This document shows, one piece after another, positions 1-9,204 of a DNA stretch of 64,000 nucleotides. A program made the translations under genes and the position numbers. Position 1 is the stretch's first letter. Each line of letters opens with the position of its first letter. The notes under the pieces were generated by a model. It was not told the origin of the DNA, did no database searches, and was given only the letters and a program-made list of their open reading frames with translations. The stretch spans positions 66,546 through 130,545 of the forward strand of contig CAADYO010000001.1 in NCBI GenBank assembly GCA_900753325.1. Reading direction: 5' to 3'. The DNA comes from Bacilli bacterium (GTDB taxonomy: Bacteria; Bacillota_I; Bacilli_A; RF39; UBA660).

Positions 1-168
<168 letters not shown>

Positions 169-180
169 TTATCTCTCCTT

Positions 181-828
181 TTATAATTGATTTATTTTTA
201 CTGAGGCAGGTCTTATGACTCTGTCTTTTAGTTTATAACCTTTTTGTAATACCTCAAGAACCTCTTCATCTTGGTAATTGCTAAGACTATCAGTTAATAA
301 GGCTTCTTCTTGAGCAGGATCAAATATTTCTCCAACTCTTGAAATTTCTTCTACGCCGAATTTTTGTAATGCTCCATTTAATGACGCATACATCATTTTA
401 AATCCAGCTAGAAACTTTGATAATTCATCAGTTAAGTCATTGTCATCTAAGCTGATGGCTCTTTCAAAATTATCAAGTATTGGTAGTATTTCTAAAATCA
501 AATTTTGATTTGAATACTTTAGCATATTAGCGGTTTCTTCATCTTTACGACGGCGATAATTTACTAATTCTGCTTGAGCAAGTTTTACCTTTTCTGTTAA
601 TGCTTTATTTAATTCTTCAAGTTCTTTTATTTTGCTTTTAAGTTCTTCTTTTTCTTTATCTTGCTTTTTTTTGTCACAATGACAATTTCCATGGTGATTA
701 TGGCCATGATCTTTATCGTTGTGATTGCAGCAAGGCTTAGTAGCTTCCTTTTCTTCTGAGGCTTTATTTTCTTCTGTTAATTCTTCTATTTTTTCATTTT
801 CTTTTTTCATACTTACCCTACCTTTCAA
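181..828 (-). CDS. grpE: Nucleotide exchange factor GrpE, with a Cys/His-rich insertion near the N-terminus
   Basis: The 215-aa ORF has a C-terminal GrpE core (LAQAELVNYRRR...; ...NFERAI...; EISRVGEIFDP...). It sits in an hrcA-grpE-dnaK arrangement. The first ATG (828) overlaps the hrcA stop. A second ATG at 810 (MKKENEK) follows a GGTAGGG/AAGG RBS-like stretch and may be the real start. Confidence 0.85.
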   Translation of the reverse strand: MKGRVSMKKENEKIEELTEENKASEEKEATKPCCNHNDKDHGHNHHGNCHCDKKKQDKEKEELKSKIKELEELNKALTEKVKLAQAELVNYRRRKDEETANMLKYSNQNLILEILPILDNFERAISLDDNDLTDELSKFLAGFKMMYASLNGALQKFGVEEISRVGEIFDPAQEEALLTDSLSNYQDEEVLEVLQKGYKLKDRVIRPASVKINQL

Positions 829-1807
829 TATTTTCTTTCATGTATTCCAGCATGGAAACAACCTGGTCATATTCCATTCTCTTTGGTCCGATGATAGCAA
901 TTGTACCTTCTTCAGTATCGGTTTTAAATTTAGTTTTAATAACCGTTACATCATCATCAATGTTACTTTCAGCACCAATATATACTTTAATATTATTATC
1001 ATCATCTTCTTCTATATTACGAAGTATTTCTTTATCTTCTAACTTATTATATATATTTTTTATTTTTTCAATATTGGTACTAAACTCAGGCTGTTCCAAA
1101 ATCTTGTGCCTTCCTACTACATTTACTTCTTGATTTGTAAAGTCATTAAATACATGATAAAAGGCATTGTATAGTTGCTCATGTTGTTTAACATATTTTC
1201 CAATAATAGGCTTTATTTCATACTCTAATTTTGCACTTACTTCATCAATTGGAGTACCTGATATTAGGTTGTTGATTAAGTTGACAGTTTTTTTAATTTC
1301 GTCTAGTGAAACATCTTTTAATTTAATATTTTTATGTTCAACATGACCTTTATCTGTAACAATAATAACAATCATACTAACATCATCAATAGGAACTACT
1401 TCTATTTGTTTAAGAAGATTCTCATGAGAAGTACTGCCAAGTACTACTGTTGTATAATTTGTAATATCTGATATAACTTGTAAACTTTTTGTGATTACAT
1501 CAGATAATGCAAGTTGTTGATTTCTAAAGACTATTTGTAATTTTAGCATGTCATCAGCATTCATTTTCTTTAATTCCATTAAGTTATCTACATAATAGCG
1601 ATAACCAGCTTCACTTGGAACTCTTCCTGATGAAGTATGGGTTTTTTCAAGAAAGCCTGCATTTTCTAGAGCTGCCATTTCATTACGAACGGTAGCACTT
1701 GAACATTTTAATTTTTTTGATATTACTTTAGAACCAATTGGCTTGGCTTCTTTAATATACTTTTCTACAATTAACTTTAGAACTTTATTTTGTCTTTCAG
1801 TCAACAC
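818..1807 (-). CDS. hrcA: Heat-inducible transcription repressor HrcA
   Basis: The 329-aa ORF has an N-terminal winged-helix (MLTERQNKVLKLIVEKYIKEAKPIGSKVISKK...ATVRNEMAALE). Its length and position upstream of grpE-dnaK fit HrcA. CIRCE operators lie immediately upstream. Confidence 0.9.
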   Translation of the reverse strand: MLTERQNKVLKLIVEKYIKEAKPIGSKVISKKLKCSSATVRNEMAALENAGFLEKTHTSSGRVPSEAGYRYYVDNLMELKKMNADDMLKLQIVFRNQQLALSDVITKSLQVISDITNYTTVVLGSTSHENLLKQIEVVPIDDVSMIVIIVTDKGHVEHKNIKLKDVSLDEIKKTVNLINNLISGTPIDEVSAKLEYEIKPIIGKYVKQHEQLYNAFYHVFNDFTNQEVNVVGRHKILEQPEFSTNIEKIKNIYNKLEDKEILRNIEEDDDNNIKVYIGAESNIDDDVTVIKTKFKTDTEEGTIAIIGPKRMEYDQVVSMLEYMKENIER

Positions 1808-1819
1808 TACATCAACCTC

Positions 1820-1846
1820 CTAGCACTATCATTTTATCAGTGCTAA
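1820..1846. promoter_or_regulatory. CIRCE-like inverted repeat (HrcA operator), promoter-proximal copy
   Basis: The sequence cTAGCACTatcattttatcAGTGCTAA is close to the CIRCE consensus TTAGCACTC-N9-GAGTGCTAA. It lies 13 nt upstream of the hrcA start. Confidence 0.7.
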
Positions 1847-1850
1847 TTGT

Positions 1851-1879
1851 ATTTTATGACTTTTTTTAGCACTTGTCAA
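1851..1879 (-). promoter_or_regulatory. Putative sigma-A promoter of the hrcA-grpE-dnaK operon
   Basis: On the minus strand: TTGACA (reverse complement of 1874-1879), a 17-nt spacer, then TAAAAT (reverse complement of 1851-1856). It is flanked by the two CIRCE repeats, as in classical HrcA regulons. Confidence 0.5.
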
Positions 1880-1892
1880 CACTTTGTGCTAA
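1866..1892. promoter_or_regulatory. Second CIRCE-like inverted repeat overlapping the -35 region
   Basis: The sequence TTAGCACttgtcaacactttGTGCTAA has TTAGCAC and GTGCTAA arms. The -35 hexamer of the putative hrcA promoter sits inside the spacer. Confidence 0.65.
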
Positions 1893-1934
1893 TTTTTTTT
1901 AAAAAGTAAAAGAGTAACTATCAATTACCCTTTT

Positions 1935-4010
1935 CTATAAGTTAACAGGCTTTAAAATCCAACGTTGTGATAATAAAAATCCACTTGTTCCTTTACTCAT
2001 TATTTTGACATCTGATGATGTATAGTAAGAATTTGTTCTAGCTGTTAAATAATTTGATCCTATTTTGGCTTGAATAATATATGTTCCATCTTTTTGAGAG
2101 ACTATTTGCCATTGTGTCCATTGATAGGCATCATTATAACCAGATGCAGTATTTACTTGAGTGTCTGATTGTCCTAGACTATCTTTTACTTGAAGAGCAG
2201 TATTTGAATTCGTTTCAACGATTTTATAGTATGCTGTATTTGGTATTTTACCAATTGCCCATTCTTGAATAGCAGTTGTTTGTTGAGGTTCAATTCTAAC
2301 ATACTGTTTAGAACGGTCCATGGCGTCTGTAACATCATTAGCGTTTTTGGCAGTTAATGCTTGATTGTATGGGGCTAAGGCTGAATAAATATAATATACA
2401 CCATCTGGTATTTCGTTATTACTAGTATTTAAATTACAGTTTGTATATCTAGTACCCGATGTCTTTTCAATAATATTTTCTTGTGTATTAGATTCACTGG
2501 CAATTAATGCTGTCCAGTTGGTATTATCACTAGATACTGAAAGACTATGTCCTATAAGTGGGTTATCGCTTTTCTCCCAATCATGAATAACACTTATTTC
2601 ATTTAGATTTGAAGTTTCTGATAATTCTACTTTTAGGCAAACTTCACTTGCTTCAGCTTTACTTACTTCTACATTAGTTTCTAAGTTTTTATCAGTTAAA
2701 CGGCTTATACTTCCTGTTAGTTTAGTTTGTCCAGTTATACTTGGCGTTTTAAAGCTAACTTTCTTACCATTTTCATCTATAGCACTTATTTCTGACCAGA
2801 TAACTTTTGTTTTGTCTTTAACAGTTCCGTAACTACAGTCTTTTATATAGCGAACATTTTTTAATTGCTCATTTTTAATTGGTTTATTATCTTTTGAATT
2901 ACTTGATATATATTCTATTCGAGCAGCTCCATTACCTTCATTGACACCAGCAGTCATTTGGCCATCAATAAAATATCTACCATCGTCAACAAATAAAGCT
3001 AATTCATCACGAGATGAAAATTTAGTTATATAATTCATATTAGAATAGCCAGCTATAAATGATGAGCCACCTGCTCCAGAACCGGCAATATCATTATATT
3101 GGTTGCCGGCTCCGCCACCGACGTAGCCAGCTCCACCGCCACCGCCGGAATCATATGGAACACCGCCACCTTCACCTAAGGAACCACATGTTTTATTATC
3201 ACTTTTTTCATCTTTATGAAAAATATTGCCATCAATCTTAATAACAGCTCCATTACAATTTTCAGAATATGTTTTTATATTGATAAATGACCATCTTTTA
3301 CTTCCTGTTTGACCGCCATACTTAGCATTTGTGTATTCTGCTGAGCCTGATTTTATTTTATTTGCACTACCGGATGCTCCAAAAGTCTCTCCACCTTCAC
3401 CTCCTGGTGATCCATCTCCAAGGCCATCGGCTCCACCACCTCCGGCTGCAATCATTATTCTTGACTGGAGTGATTCTACTAAATCCCAGTTTCCAGATTT
3501 TGTTCTTACGTCAGTTGAACCGCCGCCACCTTTACCAGTTTTGGTGCCACCGTTTCCACCACCATTTGTTCCTCCTGTTGCTGTTGTTGTTGTGCCGCCT
3601 ATATAAAAATATAATAATGTACCCTTGTCAAAATAGATAACACCAGAGGTATAGGCTCCTTTACCACCAGCTTGCTCTTTACCAGTTTCTGATGTTGTAC
3701 TACCGCCTGATGCTCCCCATAGTTCAATCCTATACCAACCAGAGTTTGGAACTTGATACTCCTTTGGATTACCATCACTAACATCGCTAAACTCAAACTT
3801 GGTGTTTGATACACTATATCTATTTAAATCATCTTCTACTGTTTCAACTAAATCATGTGTGCTTTTTCTATTTGAGGCCATTATACTCATGATTAAAATT
3901 ACGATTAAAAATACCATTATTAATAGTGAATATAATACTGTAGATATAGCAAAACCTTTATTATTTAATTTTTTAATTTTCTTATTTTTATTCATTAGCA
4001 TCACCAGCAC
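1935..4010 (-). CDS. Membrane-anchored secreted protein with a glycine-rich (ALK-type Gly_rich) domain, a possible discoidin-like middle region and a C-terminal ricin-B (QxW) lectin domain
   Basis: The 691-aa ORF has an N-terminal basic stretch plus one hydrophobic helix (signal anchor). Long poly-Gly blocks follow (WGASGG..., AAGGGGADGLGDGSPGGEGG, SGGGGGAGYVGGGAG). The C-terminus carries QxW repeats (YQWTQWQI, SQRWIL, IQEWAIG). Confidence 0.6.
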   Translation of the reverse strand: MLVMLMNKNKKIKKLNNKGFAISTVLYSLLIMVFLIVILIMSIMASNRKSTHDLVETVEDDLNRYSVSNTKFEFSDVSDGNPKEYQVPNSGWYRIELWGASGGSTTSETGKEQAGGKGAYTSGVIYFDKGTLLYFYIGGTTTTATGGTNGGGNGGTKTGKGGGGSTDVRTKSGNWDLVESLQSRIMIAAGGGGADGLGDGSPGGEGGETFGASGSANKIKSGSAEYTNAKYGGQTGSKRWSFINIKTYSENCNGAVIKIDGNIFHKDEKSDNKTCGSLGEGGGVPYDSGGGGGAGYVGGGAGNQYNDIAGSGAGGSSFIAGYSNMNYITKFSSRDELALFVDDGRYFIDGQMTAGVNEGNGAARIEYISSNSKDNKPIKNEQLKNVRYIKDCSYGTVKDKTKVIWSEISAIDENGKKVSFKTPSITGQTKLTGSISRLTDKNLETNVEVSKAEASEVCLKVELSETSNLNEISVIHDWEKSDNPLIGHSLSVSSDNTNWTALIASESNTQENIIEKTSGTRYTNCNLNTSNNEIPDGVYYIYSALAPYNQALTAKNANDVTDAMDRSKQYVRIEPQQTTAIQEWAIGKIPNTAYYKIVETNSNTALQVKDSLGQSDTQVNTASGYNDAYQWTQWQIVSQKDGTYIIQAKIGSNYLTARTNSYYTSSDVKIMSKGTSGFLLSQRWILKPVNL

Positions 4011-4039
4011 TTCTACCTTTTATTTTACTCTCTTATATT

Positions 4040-4597
4040 TTAACATATATTTCTTAGGATAACTACCCATTTATCACCATATTTTTTTTCTTTTATTTTA
4101 GTAAATGAATCATCATATATAATTTTATCTAAACTATTACTTTCACAAATAATTAGGCCAGAGCTGTTTAGAAGTTTTAAATTACTTATTAACTTAAGGC
4201 TTTCTTCTATATAATTTGTCGCATATGGTGGATCTAAAAAAATTAAATCAAATTTTATTTTTTTTGAAGAAAATTCTTTTAGGACTATTTTGTAATCTGA
4301 AAGGATAACTTTACAGTTTTTTACACCGATAGTTTTAATATTTTCATTTATTATTTTTATTGCTTGATGACTTTTATCTACGGCATAAGCAAAGGAAGCT
4401 CCTTCACTTAATGCTTCAATAGCAAGAGAGCCTGATCCAGAAAATAAATCAAGTACAATACTTTCTTGTATATTATCTTGAATACTAGCAAAAAGGCTTT
4501 CTTTTACTCTATCCATGGTAGGTCTAGTACCATCAAGATTATATCCAAGTAAATTTCTACCTTTATATATTCCGCTAATTACTTTCATAATCCACAC
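4040..4597 (-). CDS. rsmD: 16S rRNA (guanine966-N2)-methyltransferase RsmD
   Basis: The 185-aa ORF has DLFSGSGSLAIEALSEGA (the SAM-binding motif) and a DPPY motif. The size is typical of RsmD/YlbH. Confidence 0.85.
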   Translation of the reverse strand: MWIMKVISGIYKGRNLLGYNLDGTRPTMDRVKESLFASIQDNIQESIVLDLFSGSGSLAIEALSEGASFAYAVDKSHQAIKIINENIKTIGVKNCKVILSDYKIVLKEFSSKKIKFDLIFLDPPYATNYIEESLKLISNLKLLNSSGLIICESNSLDKIIYDDSFTKIKEKKYGDKWVVILRNIC

Positions 4598-4869
4598 TTT
4601 CCCTTACTGTTAATCTTTTTTAATTCTTTATTAATATGTAGTATTAAAATATTTAGTTCTGTTTCTGCTTGTTTATATTTCTTATATAAACTATTACTAT
4701 ATATCTCCTCTTTTAATTTCTCATCTTTAGTTTCTTGATATTTTTTTATTTTTTCTTGTAAACTTGTACATTTATTAATTTTCTTGTTTAAGTCTTTTAT
4801 GTTTTTAACTTCGCTAGTATTATTAAGACTTTCTTTTAACATAGCAACTTTTTCTAATAATTCTTCCAT
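4585..4869 (-). CDS. Small coiled-coil protein, hypothetical; possibly YlbF/YmcA-like by position
   Basis: The 94-aa ORF is K/E-rich and helical. It overlaps the rsmD start by 13 nt, which suggests operon coupling. Confidence 0.45.
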   Translation of the reverse strand: MEELLEKVAMLKESLNNTSEVKNIKDLNKKINKCTSLQEKIKKYQETKDEKLKEEIYSNSLYKKYKQAETELNILILHINKELKKINSKGKCGL

Positions 4870-4891
4870 ATTTTTATTTTATCACTAGTTT

Positions 4892-5152
4892 TTATTTAAG
4901 TACATCTAAAATATTAGAAACTAGACTAATTCCTTGGGAAATTTTAGCTATTCTGTCTTGTGTCGTTAATTTATATTTCTTCTTCATTTCTTCTTCAATT
5001 ACTTTTAGATATGAGCTATTTCTATTTAGATATTTATACCAGGATGATTCTTCTCTTAAATAGTTATATATTAAGGGATTTGTTTTAATATAGTTAATTG
5101 TATATAAATCCATATCAATCCTCAAAGTATTTATACATTGGTCTTGGCTCAT
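4892..5152 (-). CDS. Hypothetical small protein
   Basis: The 86-aa ORF lies in the same-strand run between rsmD and the parC-linked genes. It has no recognisable motif. Confidence 0.4.
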   Translation of the reverse strand: MSQDQCINTLRIDMDLYTINYIKTNPLIYNYLREESSWYKYLNRNSSYLKVIEEEMKKKYKLTTQDRIAKISQGISLVSNILDVLK

Positions 5153-5474
5153 AATTTGAAGCAGCAGGTTTTGTATTAGTTAGACCAATATCTTGTAAAA
5201 GTCCAATTGTTTTTTGTAGATTAGTAACACCTTTTTGAACTGAATCTAAGTCAATATTTTTAACGGCATTAAATAAATCTTTAAAAGATGAACTAGTACT
5301 TTCAACTTTATTTACAAAGTTCCTTGAAGATGTATAACTATCCCATATTTGACTATTCTCACCATATATTTCGTATAACTCATATAATTTTTGCCAACTT
5401 ACTTCATCTTTTAAAACTGATTGGGCAAGTTCTGGATGATTTCTTGCAAAAATTTTAAATGTTTCTTTTGACAT
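5115..5474 (-). CDS. Hypothetical protein
   Basis: The 119-aa ORF overlaps the downstream 86-aa ORF, which suggests an operon. It has no recognisable motif. Confidence 0.45.
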   Translation of the reverse strand: MSKETFKIFARNHPELAQSVLKDEVSWQKLYELYEIYGENSQIWDSYTSSRNFVNKVESTSSSFKDLFNAVKNIDLDSVQKGVTNLQKTIGLLQDIGLTNTKPAASNYEPRPMYKYFED

Positions 5475-5523
5475 AATATCACCTATATAATTTTATGTTC
5501 ATTCAAGAAAAAAAGAAGTTTTT

Positions 5524-6630
5524 TTACTTCTCTTTGCCTTTCTCATCTCTAGTTATACCATAGTCTTTTATCTCTTGAACCTTTTTTTCAAGTGCTGGTA
5601 GAAGAGTACGTTTTAGTTTTCCGGCTGTTCCTACATCAATACCAATTGTGGACATGAGTTCATCAAAATCTTTCTTATTTGCTAAAGTATTTAAATTAAT
5701 CATCGCTTGATGCATATCTTCATTATTATTTTCAATAGCATAATATGCGGAAAGAGTCCCTATAATATAACCAAATGGTATTAATGGATCGAATTGAGCT
5801 GGTTGGTCTATTTTTGTTTTTAGAGCTTCGGCTTGTTTTTTTTCTTCAGCTAATTCTTTTTCATATCTTTCAACAATATGATAGAATTCCTCTTTTGTTT
5901 TCGGCCTTGGAAAAATATTTAAATCTCTCATATCTTGATAACTGGTGTTGCTAATTGGGCCAGTTGTACAGAAACATGTTAATACAGAAAATTTAGGTAT
6001 TAAATTACAAACACAATAATATAAGTCCTTAAAGCGAAAAATAGTATGTGCCATAATCTCGGATGAAGAAAAGCCTTTTTTCTTTAAAAAATTACACATA
6101 TCAATTTCAAAGTATATTGATATTGCCTCTGTAATATAATCTCTTGATATTCTGTTTTCTTCTTCATTATTTAAACTATGCACAAACTCATGTATTAAGG
6201 TGGCAGGGTCTTCAGTATTGTGTCTTAAGACTGTATTTATGTAGTTGTGTTTATTTTGATCTTTTCCGGATTCATTTTCTAGATTATCAGCATTTTCAGT
6301 ACTTGGATCAACGACAATATTAATAGTTCCATCTGCCAAATCTCTCAAGAAGTCATTTTTATACTCCGGCATTCTTTCTTCTATGTATTCTATTGAAAAA
6401 TCAAGTATTTCGGTTAAAGAAAGCTTTCTGACGTCTTCTTGAGATTTTTTTTCTAACTCTTTAAGTTGCTGAAATGTAAAGTTGTTTTGCAGATATTTTT
6501 TTAACATAGCTGTCAGATTATAAAAATACAGTGAATTATTTAGAAAGGAAGTATTTTCCATCCAAAGGCAATATTCATTTAGCATTGAATTTAGATTTGG
6601 ATATTCGTTTTTTATTTCTTGTTTCTCCAT
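5524..6630 (-). CDS. Putative zinc metallopeptidase-like protein (HEXXH motif)
   Basis: The 368-aa ORF contains LIHEFVHSL (HEXXH) with a downstream Glu (EAISIYFE), consistent with a gluzincin. Its ATG lies 1 nt after the parC stop (TAAcATG), so it is translationally coupled to parC. Confidence 0.5.
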   Translation of the reverse strand: MEKQEIKNEYPNLNSMLNEYCLWMENTSFLNNSLYFYNLTAMLKKYLQNNFTFQQLKELEKKSQEDVRKLSLTEILDFSIEYIEERMPEYKNDFLRDLADGTINIVVDPSTENADNLENESGKDQNKHNYINTVLRHNTEDPATLIHEFVHSLNNEEENRISRDYITEAISIYFEIDMCNFLKKKGFSSSEIMAHTIFRFKDLYYCVCNLIPKFSVLTCFCTTGPISNTSYQDMRDLNIFPRPKTKEEFYHIVERYEKELAEEKKQAEALKTKIDQPAQFDPLIPFGYIIGTLSAYYAIENNNEDMHQAMINLNTLANKKDFDELMSTIGIDVGTAGKLKRTLLPALEKKVQEIKDYGITRDEKGKEK

Positions 6631-6631
6631 G

Positions 6632-9187
6632 TTACTTTAAGAAGTCATCTATAGTCATTAGACGATCATCTATCTCCTTTAAGGATATTCGTTCTTTTCT
6701 TGGTTTTTCTTCTTTTGATTCTTCCATTTTAGGATTATCAGTTTCCATTAAATTAATTTGTTCTTTAACGTTTCTTTCTAATGATGCTTCTATAAAGGCA
6801 TCTATTATATTGTGTTTAGTTATTTGACTACCAGTTGAATGACGATCACTTATTGGTAGTTCTGTTAATTTTATCATATTAATGTCATTATTCTTTATAC
6901 CAATATAGTTTTTGGAATCAGTTATAAATGTTTTTAAAACTTTATACGGATTAGTTTTTACTTCTCTAATTACCAATAGGCCTCGTCTAGTTCTTGTTGA
7001 TAATTCAAATTCACTTAGTCTAATACGTTTTCCTGTTCCTTTGTCTGTAATAATGGAGATAAATTCATCTTGTTGTGGATTGTATTGATTAGCTGATACT
7101 AAATAATCATCTTTTAATTTAATGGCTTTTACACCTGATGCTTTCACTCCAACAACTGGAACTTCATCCATTTTAAAGCTTAGTCCATAACCTGTATCTG
7201 TTGTTAGGAAAAGGCACGGTTTTTCTTCTAGAAAGCTTGCTATTACGTAATCATTTTCTTTTAATTTCATACAGTTAGTAGCTTTAGAGTAACGAAGAAG
7301 TTTAAAGTCTTTTAACTTAGACCTTTTAATCATACCATCATGGGTTGCAATAACGACATTTTTATCATTTTCAAAACTGTAGGCAGGTATGGCTGAAACA
7401 ATATTTTCTTCAGATGACATTTCAATAATATTACTTACATGTTTAGGCATATCTTTCCATTTTAAATCTGGAATTATATGAACTGGTATGTGTAGATAAT
7501 TACCAGCTGTTGTAAATACTAGAAGAGTGTCTGTCGTATTCATTTCATAGATACCAATAATATAGTCATTTTCTTTTATGGTTATATCTTCTGGATTTGA
7601 TGCTGTATAACTACGGAAAGATGTTCTTTTTATGTAGCCATCTTTTGTTACTAAGACAACAACATCTTCTTTTGGTATCATAGCTGTTGTATCAATTTTG
7701 ATTTCAGTTATCTCAGCTTTAATCTCGGTTATTCTAGGACATGGGTAATTTTCTTTAACGTCACGCAAATCTTTTTTCATAACGGATTTTAAAACAGCTT
7801 CGCTACCTAGAATAGCACTTAAGCCATTAATTATCTTCTCTAGAGAAGCTTTTTCATTTTCTAGGGCGACAACATCTGTATTAGTTAAGCGATATAGTTG
7901 CAATACAACGATTGCTTCTGCTTGATCCTCAGTAAACTCAAACTCTTTTACTAAATTCATTTTAGCGTCTTGCTTATTTTTAGATGCTCTAATTACTTTT
8001 ATAACCTCATCTAAAATAGAAATACATTTTATTAATCCTTCGACAATATGATATCTAGCTTTAGCGTGAGCTAGGTCAAACTCGGTTCTTCTTTTTACAA
8101 CGTCTTTTTGATGTCTAATAAAGGCATCAAGAGAACCGGTTAGTCCTAATAGTTTTGGTCTTCTATTTACAATTGAAACCATGTTAAAATTGTAACTTAT
8201 TTGCATATCTGTATTTTTTAATAAGTAATTTACAATTAAATCTTTGTTAGCATTTTTCTTCAAGTCAATTACTATTCTAATATCAGCGGCTGACTCATCA
8301 CGGACTTCAACAATTCCTTCTATTTTTTTATCAATTCTAATATCATCTATTTTTTTTACTAAAAGGGCTTTATTAGTTTCAAATGGTATCTCAGTTATGA
8401 CAAGAGATGTTTTACTTTTATCTTCTTCAAATGTATATTTACTTCTAATATTAATTTTACCGCGTCCTGTTGTATAGGCATCTTTTATGCCTTCAATGCC
8501 TTCTACTATTGCTCCGGTTGGAAAATCTGGTCCTTTAACAAATTGCATTAAATCTTCTAGACTACATTCTGGGTGATCGATACGATAAATAGTGGCATCA
8601 ATTACTTCACCTAAGTTGTGTGGTGGAATATTAGTAGCGTAACCAGCTGATATTCCTTGAGCTCCATAAACTAATAGGGCTGGAAATCTAGCAGGAAGAA
8701 CAGTTGGCTCAACAGTTGTATCATCAAAGTTTGGAGCAAATTCAATTGTATTTTTGTCGATGTCTCTTAGCATTTCATTACTTATTTTAGAAAGCCTTGC
8801 TTCAGTATAACGATAAGCTGCTGGAGAGTCACCATCAATTGAACCGTTGTTACCATGCATATCAATGTATGGTAATCTAGTTTTCCATGGTTGAGACATA
8901 CGTACCATAGCGTCATAAATTGAACTGTCACCGTGAGGATGATAATTACCAATTACGTCTCCTACTGTTTTGGCACTTTTTCGATAGCCATGATCATAAG
9001 TATTTTTTTCTTTATACATTGAGTATAATATACGACGTTGAACTGGTTTTAATCCATCTCTAGCATCAGGTATTGCACGATCTTGAATTATATATTTTGA
9101 GTAACTTCCAAATCTCTCACCCATTATATCTTCAAGGGTATAATCGAATATCTTCTCAATTATTTCTTCTGTTTTTGTTTTTGACAT
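6632..9187 (-). CDS. parC: DNA topoisomerase IV subunit A (ParC)
   Basis: The 851-aa type IIA topoisomerase A subunit has the active-site region (AAYRYTEARL), a winged helix and a beta-pinwheel C-terminal domain. No GyrA box (QRRGGKG) is seen. It lies directly downstream of a ParE/GyrB-like gene, away from the dnaA/gyrB origin context. Confidence 0.75.
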   Translation of the reverse strand: MSKTKTEEIIEKIFDYTLEDIMGERFGSYSKYIIQDRAIPDARDGLKPVQRRILYSMYKEKNTYDHGYRKSAKTVGDVIGNYHPHGDSSIYDAMVRMSQPWKTRLPYIDMHGNNGSIDGDSPAAYRYTEARLSKISNEMLRDIDKNTIEFAPNFDDTTVEPTVLPARFPALLVYGAQGISAGYATNIPPHNLGEVIDATIYRIDHPECSLEDLMQFVKGPDFPTGAIVEGIEGIKDAYTTGRGKINIRSKYTFEEDKSKTSLVITEIPFETNKALLVKKIDDIRIDKKIEGIVEVRDESAADIRIVIDLKKNANKDLIVNYLLKNTDMQISYNFNMVSIVNRRPKLLGLTGSLDAFIRHQKDVVKRRTEFDLAHAKARYHIVEGLIKCISILDEVIKVIRASKNKQDAKMNLVKEFEFTEDQAEAIVVLQLYRLTNTDVVALENEKASLEKIINGLSAILGSEAVLKSVMKKDLRDVKENYPCPRITEIKAEITEIKIDTTAMIPKEDVVVLVTKDGYIKRTSFRSYTASNPEDITIKENDYIIGIYEMNTTDTLLVFTTAGNYLHIPVHIIPDLKWKDMPKHVSNIIEMSSEENIVSAIPAYSFENDKNVVIATHDGMIKRSKLKDFKLLRYSKATNCMKLKENDYVIASFLEEKPCLFLTTDTGYGLSFKMDEVPVVGVKASGVKAIKLKDDYLVSANQYNPQQDEFISIITDKGTGKRIRLSEFELSTRTRRGLLVIREVKTNPYKVLKTFITDSKNYIGIKNNDINMIKLTELPISDRHSTGSQITKHNIIDAFIEASLERNVKEQINLMETDNPKMEESKEEKPRKERISLKEIDDRLMTIDDFLK

Positions 9188-9204
9188 ATCTACACCTACT
9201 CTTT

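Noticed and set aside
725-1133. Plus-strand ORFs 725..1042 and 840..1133
   Set aside because: They are entirely antisense to grpE/hrcA, low-complexity (F/I/S-rich) and lack any RBS. They are AT-rich frame artefacts.
3329-3640. Plus-strand ORFs, including a proline-rich 91-aa ORF (PPSPPGDPSPRPSAPPPPAA...)
   Set aside because: This is a mirror image of the glycine-rich coding region on the minus strand, where GGN codons read as NCC (Pro) on the opposite strand. It is not a gene.
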